From the NCBI RefSeq assembly GCF_964204645.1, contig NC_134031.1:17595807-17659806 (forward strand): a stretch of DNA of 64,000 nucleotides. Reading direction: 5' to 3'. The translations under genes and the position numbers were made by a program. The notes below the pieces were generated by a model. The model did not search any database. It saw only the letters and a program-made list of their open reading frames with translations, and had not been told where the DNA came from. Shown here piece after piece: positions 56,901-64,000 of the stretch. Source of the stretch: Tubulanus polymorphus (lineage: Eukaryota > Animalia > Nemertea). Position 1 is the stretch's first letter, and each line of letters begins with the position of its first letter.

Positions 56901-59900
56901 CGATATCTATTTTGAAAACGTGAAAGAATGTATGTCAGAAATACTTGACACCAATTTGATAAATACCGCAGACCTGCCTACCCCTATGATATCACCGTAG
57001 TTTTCATGCGTCATTACGACGCTACGACCTGACTTTTGAAAAATACGATTTTCATCACTATCATCGAAAAATACGATGATCGGTGATTTCTTCTCTATTG
57101 GTTAATCAGTCAACTCGTTGAATTAGTAATTTATATCAACATGATTTGTTAATGGTTAATTTTGATTAGTAATTTTATACACATGATTAGTAAAATGGTT
57201 TTTAACTCATTGATTAGTAATTTTGATTAGTAATTGGAATTTTCATAACTTTTATTATAAACATTATATTGAATTTGAAGAATTGGTTAACAATGTATTC
57301 CTTGATTGATTGATTGATTGATTAATTGATTGGACGAAAATTATTAGATACACAGTTTTTGACGAAACCCTAGCAGTTTGATATCCAGCTGTTAATCCGG
57401 CAACACCTGTGTGATTTGTTTCAGCCGTTCAAAAATGTAGAAGCATCAGGTGATTAAATAACGTGATAATTCAGGGAGAAAAAGAATCATTGCTTTAGTA
57501 AACGAAATTACCTTGGGGTTTTAATTTTTATGTAAGCTATAAAAATCTTGTGTGGGATTCGACATAAACAAGCTCAACTAAATAACAATGCTTAAGCATT
57601 GCCAGCGTGGGTAATGATAATGACGTCGATTCATCGCCGGCTACTAAGAAATCGAATCATCGACTTCTATTCTGAAAAGTGGCCTTGTTTAAAACCATCT
57701 GTAAAGGGAGATATATAGTGCTCTCATTTAGCCAAAAATCTGGGTGTGATACCGGACCGCGATCATATCGCCTTATTTCACCATAGAACTATAAGCGAAC
57801 TATAAGTGCTTATAGTTGTGTGATTTTTAATTTGAATACATACAAATAGCATACGTCATGGACATATATACATAAATCACAAAAAAATTGAAGATTTATT
57901 GAGACCGCAACGCTTGACTGACTAGTCTGACTGGTAGACTGATATTGATCTCAGTTGAGAGTTAATAAGTAAAAACTGACAGTAGATATTGAAAAGTTTT
58001 TGTCCGACCGTTTCGGGGTTAATACTTGTAAACCCCATTTCTAGACCAACGTACTTGTCACGGGTTTAGTTAGTAGAAACCTAGTAGAAACTCATCAAGC
58101 TTTCGTTCGTAAGATTTACACGGTTATATCGACTTGTAGAATAATTTCCTGGTTGGTAAAATGTCCTTTCGCTAAAGGAACTACCAACGCCGACTGTCCC
58201 TGGCATTAGGAGATGGTACATGTATACAGAACTGTTAGTTAGCGGAGTGTCCGACGGGACTTCGCTCAAAGACATGTAGATAAAAGCAAACTGATGAATT
58301 CTTAGTTTGTCAACTAACTGAGCAAAACAATAGCATTCAGTTTCCCTAAACACCTAATATTGCCTTTCTGTACATCGAGTGCCCTTTTGGGATGTGACAA
58401 GTACTTCGGGGATTTTAATGCTTGAAGTTCAGCGCTGCTATTCGGAACATACACGCTTAATGTATTTGATCATGTTTCAGTCTGTCGAAGTTGTCTTGTG
58501 AAGCATTTCTATAAAAGTCTACATTGCCCGAGTTGCGAGCTAGAAATTCATCCTACGAATCCACTCTCGTTCATCAAGTAAAACAACCTTGGAGTAATCA
58601 ATTACGCCTATTACCACTACCAATATGCTATCGGTTAAGTTTGCGTTATTACGGAGGTGGTAATTTGACCCAATAATGGTCACAATGACATAGTTGATGT
58701 TCTCGATCCTCTTCGCAAAATCTAGGTCTCCGTAGTAATATTATGCAGCCACTGCACATTGTAGGTTTAGTAAGTAGTATTCATGTTGCTATTGTTGGCA
58801 TACGTCGTATGCATAAATGGAATATAAATTCAGTATAATCACATTTTCAAATGTGCATTTAAATCCTCTCGAAAAACGGCTGTTCGTTCGATTGATACTG
58901 TTGCAATAAGTGGACACCTTAAAAAGCCCGGGAAAAAACTGTCCTCATCATGAAACCTCCCAAATGCTTTATGGCTTGACACTTTTATGACGTTTATTTC
59001 ACTTTTGTTCCCTTTGATTTTGAGTCGAGTAATTTGAAAATGAACTAATTTCTAGTTCGATACCAGTGAACTTGAACCGAATCCTATATACATGATGTCA
59101 TATCTATATATCTCTATCTGTTTACAGAATATATGTATGTATTTCTATATATTGCATTTGACTTAAAACGTACCTTTTGCTGATAAAGTATTTTCAGTTT
59201 CCTGGCAAACATCTGATCAGCGATCAGCACTCTGATCAGCACTCGTCCACATCTGTTTGTATTCTGTACTAAAAGCTAAAGCTGCCTACTGCACAGTAGA
59301 GGGCGTCTAGCTAAAAAATTGTAATTCTCCTAGCGTAAGATTTGACAATACATTTATTACCCGCAGATAGACAGAGATATACGATATCTGAAAATTACTC
59401 ATTATACACTGAACGCACTGTACAGACTTGTAGTCGCTTGAAATAAGATAGTCTAAATATAGATCTCGGTCACTGTTTGTTTGATTGCCTTATGAGCTGA
59501 GATATAATGATACGAAATGATATCAACGCTCAGCATTGATTGTTTTTCTGAGCAATCTCAATCGCGGGTGCCAGCAAAAAAACTTACTCATTTCAAATCT
59601 GTCAATGAATGAATGGTCACTATGATGAGCAGTACTGGTCAGTCAGGACACGTTGTGTACATTTCAAGACATGCTTCAACAGTTTTGATGAATAGCTTCG
59701 TTTTACGGACGATGATCTATCAAATATCATTTAAGCTTGAATGAAAATATCAGCTGTTTATGCGCTATGTCATTTGCAGTGAAATGTCTTAAAAGATATT
59801 GGCTTAAAAACTCACAAACACTGATGAAATTACCGTGGTTTGTTTCTTTTGATAACAGGATTCTTACCGGTTTTGGAATGTTTTGAAAAATGGCCCTTGA

Positions 59901-62900
59901 AAAGCTATAGAAATTTTGTTTTTATCTCTATGGCTATGGAAAAGTTGTGGAAAATCAGAAAATGGCCTCAAAATAGGAATTGTCCTTCCATTTTTTGAGG
60001 TTATAAGCCTAAATGTCTTACTACACATTTGATGACAAACTTTACGAAAACGCCTAGTTGATGGTATTGATTTGCTTCGAATGGGCCTACATTGCCTAAT
60101 CTAGGTTGGCGATCGTAGGCCTAACTAAGGGGTGTGGAAAATTTCTAATCTGGGCATGGAAAAGTTATGGAAAATGAAATTGGGAAACCCGTAATAACCC
60201 TGTAGCAAGAAGAAATATAATGTCGAGTTTTTCAATTCGAATTTTATTCAAACTTGAATTACTGCCAGGTTGGTTTTAACTGTGAAACATTTTTGGATAT
60301 CATCAACAGTTTCTTTAACTCTTGCAGATTCGCATACACAGCGCATAGCTTTAGTTCGCCAGGCTTACATATCGGTTTATCGTGGCAATCAGTTAACTGA
60401 TGGAAAGTACAATACACCATCGGTTTGTAAATATTGATAATGTTTAATCATTACAATGCAGCTGCATAGAAAAAACAAGGCAGTGTAAAAAGATATTGCA
60501 AACCATGTGCATGTGTCTTATTACATATGCACTCTTCATAGGCCTAACGATTTCTCAGTTGGAGCTTTATTCTACTTGCTATCATACTCCATATTCAACG
60601 AAAACATATCTGAAAAACATTTCATCGTGACTGAAAAAAACGTAGCAAAAATATAGAAAATTTGGTGTTGTCAAGAATAGTATATTCATACTCATTTCAT
60701 GTTCTCCGATCTAACAACGTTGGTGTTATGTGAGCAGTGGTATTAAAAAAGGACGGCGTTATGTAAAAGACTTTGACTATAGCTCATATTGGCTTTGAAT
60801 TGTGGAGACCGCCCGGGGAAGTGGGAACCTCAGTATTACCCCATTCAGTGTACTACTTTTTATGGCAATCATGGCCTGGCAGGATCCTCCCCACTAATAA
60901 TTTCAATTTCATGGTTTCAAAATCAAACTCGCTATTTCGTTGCCAGCAGGTTTGACTGGTGGGTTTTTTAGTGACAAACCATAAACGAGCGTAACATCAA
61001 ATCAATCAAATTCCTTATGATAAGATAAAAGAAAGATTATAAATACAGTTATTCTTTATAGATTATTTACTGGTTTTATATTGTTAAATACGTTGGATCG
61101 ACGAGATCCTCAGATTCAATCTCCTTTGTTGTGAATCATGCTAACTCTAATATGGGTTATCGCGCCTGGTCTGTTTCCGCCCCAAACCTATGGAACAGTT
61201 TACCAACCTCAGAATGTCTTCATCCCTGGACAGTTTTAAAAGACAGTTAAATCTTGGCTTTTTTTCATGGCGCCTTGGAGATATAAGCGTTTTGAGCATG
61301 CTTTTATATGGAAAAGCGCTATACAAGAAACTATTATTATTATTATTTCATTATCATTATTCTTGTTATTATTATTAGACTCATCGCTACGATATTTTGT
61401 TGTATGTTTTCAGGTTTGTTAAATCCACTCGACTGTCCCCATCACATGAGAGCCGAGGATGTTTGTGAATATCGCGATGGCGTCGTGTTGAATAAACCGG
61501 TAAAAGATAACAAAGGATCTCTGGTCGATGTAGGTTGGAATCAGGTACGTTAAGTTTGATCCCGCTATGTGGCAGTGCGAGGACAGATTTAGGGTGTGGA
61601 CGACACCGTCGCAAATGTTTTTTGCAAAGAAAATATTAAAAAGACGACACAAAGTAGCGGCCCCATTTTTGTTTTTAAATTTTCGGTGATAGGGCCCCCC
61701 AGCACCACGAATGCTTCGCTGGCAGCCCTCGCATTGCCAAATCTTCCCTTTTCAAATTGAGTGCCCATTTCGATTTTCAGGTCCACCCACTTCAAAGAAT
61801 GCCTGATCCCTTGCAAAGGATCTCAATCCCAGACACACTCGTCCAAATATCTTTTTTGCCATTTCTTTTCTTTTTAACGAGAAAATACGATTTTTTCAAT
61901 TGCGAGTTGTCATTTTATTTTTTAGAGAGAAGTGAAAGTTGATCGATGCGTCCAGCCCGGAATTAGAGTCACCGTGAAAATAGATGATTATAAAACTGCT
62001 GGTAAGAGTCGAGAGATCTGCTGCGGTCAAAGCCGCTTGATTCAGATCAGCGGGGACCAACGAGATTATGGGAAAACCTCACATTTTACATGCGTGTATC
62101 ATTACATACAGGTGGAATGTAAATGATTATCCAGATAAGATCCACATCAGGAATAAGCTGAAAATTTCACTTCTCCATGGCAACTAACTCTGTAAACCGG
62201 ACATAGATTGCCGCAACATTGATTTACTACAAAAGATGTCATTACCTGTTAAAGAGCAGCTATTGAATAAACATTTACGCTGCGTGATTCTTCTGCAGCA
62301 TCTGGATCAATAAATATAAACATACGTTTCTGCTCAACCAACGCCTAAACCAATGTATTCCGGTTATGAAATCATATTTGATTTAAAAGTACCGAATTAT
62401 GTATTTCACACTAAAATTTGATCTTTTTTAGCGGAGAAGAAAAAGGTGACGGGCAAAATTGTGGCGCCTACTACTCCGAGGACAAACGCCGGTCTCTACT
62501 GGGGTTATTCTGTTAGGATTGCCAAAAGTCTCAGCGAAGTCTTCACAGCCTGTCCTTTTAGCGATAACGGATATGACTGTCTAATCGGCACATCGGAAAG
62601 GGGTCAATCAGCCGACGAGTTATCTTTACCGCAATTCCAGTAAGCCATTGATAATTACCGACTTGGAAAATTCTACCAGTAACTAAAAACCTTAGCCACA
62701 CTCACGAGATATCAAAATTATGTTGAAAAGTCTTGAGAGGATTTTGACATTCTGAGTGAAGCAGTGATGCATTATGAGAGTTTTTTGAATGTTGTTGTAC
62801 TACAGTGTACACACGCTTGTAATGAAATATCGGCCGCAATAAAGATATATTCTCAGGTCCTCTGATGAAGTATGTTCGTTATAGCCGATATTGCTTTGTA

Positions 62901-63740
62901 TCCGGTATGAAATTAATCAAATGTTTGTTTAATTAAACCAGGCAACACTTAAATTTTCAAGTGATCACGAATTGAAAATGATTATCGACTAACATTATTT
63001 TTCAGGCATTTACTTATCGTTTTTGGAGGCGTTAAGGGTTTAGAGGCAAGTTTAGAGGCAGATGAATTGCTAGATGTCGATGATCCTAGTTTATTGTTCA
63101 ATCACTACATCAACACGTGTCCAGATCAAGGCAGTCGTACGATCAGAACTGAGGTCAGCATAATGAAGATTCATTCTATTACTTATCGATATAAGTCAGT
63201 GTGGCCGCTTACCTAGAAATCAGGGATAAGCCAGGGAATTTTCTTTTCTTTAAAAAAGTCGGGAATAATATTTTGTGAAAAATTAGGGAAATTTGTTCAG
63301 ATAGTTAGATCATGTGCATAATCAAACAGTTTCCGTCTATGTTTAACATATTTTGGCTCTTTTAATTCATTGGATTCTTAGAAGATAAAGACAGGGAAAA
63401 CAACTTATATGTCAGGGAATAGTCGGGGGGAAAGCTGATTTAATAAAAGCGGCCACCCTGTTTTAGGACAGCAGACTCCGCTTTACTCAGTTGTGTTTAA
63501 AATGAGTTGTCAATCAGAAAAATCAATCTTTGTAAAGTTTCACTGACTTGAGAGCAGTTTTCTGCGATGTAAAAAGGGGTGCACTTTATATTCATAGACA
63601 ATACATAAAAGATGACAAAAAATTACTCCAGATAATTCATCTTCACTCTAAGGAAATATTGAAAATTTTTTCTTCTTTCACAGGAAGCCATCTTGATTAC
63701 TATGTCAACATTGCAATGGAAAATCTCAGAGAAAAGATGA
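50955..63740 (+). CDS. SPOUT1: SPOUT-domain methyltransferase (C9orf114/CENP-32); exons start at ~50955, 51686, 52096, 53187, 53379, 53788, 61414, 61926, 62433, 63006 and 63684
   Basis: TVSIAVPGSILDNAQSTELRTYLAGQ|IARSAVVFNVDEIIVFDE, LARILQYLECPQYLRKALFPRHKDLQYAG|LLNPLDCPHH, GLYWGYSVR, IGTSERG, LIVFGGVKGLE, NTCPDQGSRTIRTE|EAILIT. Confidence 0.95.
52792..52830 (+). ncRNA. Degenerate hammerhead-like motif within an inverted-tail element (52703-53058) interrupted by a MITE
   Basis: UAGA-CUGAAGA-...-GAAA-CA-UU^UCUA with a weak stem II. 52703-52751 is the reverse complement of 53009-53058. Confidence 0.4.
54839..55882 (-). CDS. GT32-family DXD glycosyltransferase (A4GNT/A4GALT-like, type II membrane), nested antisense in a SPOUT1 intron
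   Basis: 347 aa, N-terminal TM anchor, VPNVMHYTW, HKSDVVRLEAVLAYGGIYTDLD and CNGIIIS. Single coding exon with an acceptor just before the ATG. Confidence 0.85.
   Translation of the reverse strand: MSLPSRLKFLMIVAITILVVCLYRDHRSRHHQTKNTIVARTIKPTKTSVKQKTPVKQNVNPPRAEIELNAEWMYEIPATGEKKRMHVHKPQPGFLVPNVMHYTWYDDRPNRMNFRFHHMLSLLSAYKNNKPEALYLWYETMPRGPIWARTLKLIPNVRPVHRPGPTSIYGNSIRVQEHKSDVVRLEAVLAYGGIYTDLDVIVLKSMDPLRKFPMTMGLEEPMMLCNGIIISAPQAEFLKIWHNEYKNFSDAQWAVHSVVVPAQLAKKYPQLIQIERNSLHRPNWRPEERKLMYNPGSNYDYSKNYAVHLYYRWHNIEHNDNDIKLINSTMGRIFRQTLYGSPNLIPN
55967..56196 (+). mobile_element. Second copy of the hammerhead element family of 25981-26496 (HHR 56032-56073, core G8->A)
   Basis: ACAC-CTGACAA-T-GATC...GATC-GAAA-CG-TC-GTGT with an inverted 5' tail. 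~12-bp TSD TGCCC(C/G)AGATTT at 55955-55966 and 56197-56208. Confidence 0.65.
58481..58577 (+). other. Isolated PCGF/BMI1-type RING-finger exon (97 nt)
   Basis: tttcag|(F)CRSCLVKHFYKSLHCPSCELEIHPTNPLSFI(K/N)|gtaaaa. It aligns gap-free to the second RING exon of Polycomb group RING finger proteins (e.g. FCRSCLVKYLEENNTCPTCRIVIHQSHPLQYI). Confidence 0.65.
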
Positions 63741-64000
63741 CGTGAGACCATTCAAATTATGTCTTATTAACAAAGCTTGCCTTGTACATGTTTATTGTAA
63801 TAAAATAGAATGATAACATTTACCCGTGAAAAGCCTTTTCCTCAAAATAAATTGTTTTTGAAGGAATTGAATCTACAAGAATACACGTGTCTTTGTGAAA
63901 AAGAATGCCTGTCTTTGTGTACATGCTTTTGTGAAAGAAACATATACATATTCAGGTATAGATTAACGATTAATGCAGCTGTTCAGATCTGATAAGATTT

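Noticed and set aside
59288-59308. CTCF-like motif (also ~8868-8890)
   Set aside because: It is a short partial match and cannot be supported without ChIP or conservation data.

Overview
Gene-dense eukaryotic genomic DNA from an invertebrate animal, with GT-AG introns, AT-rich introns and CpG-rich exons. A spiralian or other marine invertebrate is plausible, but the species cannot be determined from this window. Protein genes in order: CPTP (-), WDR89 (+), PXYLP1 (-), an ~10 kb non-coding/repeat block, a class B flavin monooxygenase (FMO5-like, +), a PhyH-family Fe/2OG dioxygenase (-), a GPI-anchored Ly6/uPAR three-finger protein (-), EIF2AK1/HRI (+), an orphan Ig-superfamily receptor (+), DHX9 (+) and SPOUT1 (+). 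One 7.5 kb SPOUT1 intron holds an antisense GT32 glycosyltransferase gene and an isolated PCGF/BMI1-type RING exon. Introns carry many MITEs. Most notable observations: (1) a tandem pair of 152-nt, frame-incompatible, probably mutually exclusive exons encoding the active-site half of the dioxygenase; (2) a dispersed set of minimal type I hammerhead ribozyme elements with inverted tails and target-site duplications, resembling Penelope/retrozyme elements; (3) the orphan 97-nt PCGF exon; (4) a 3.3 kb structure with inverted-repeat arms each abutting a G-quadruplex-type tract, both tracts on the same strand. Exon boundaries were read by eye and may be off by a few bases.
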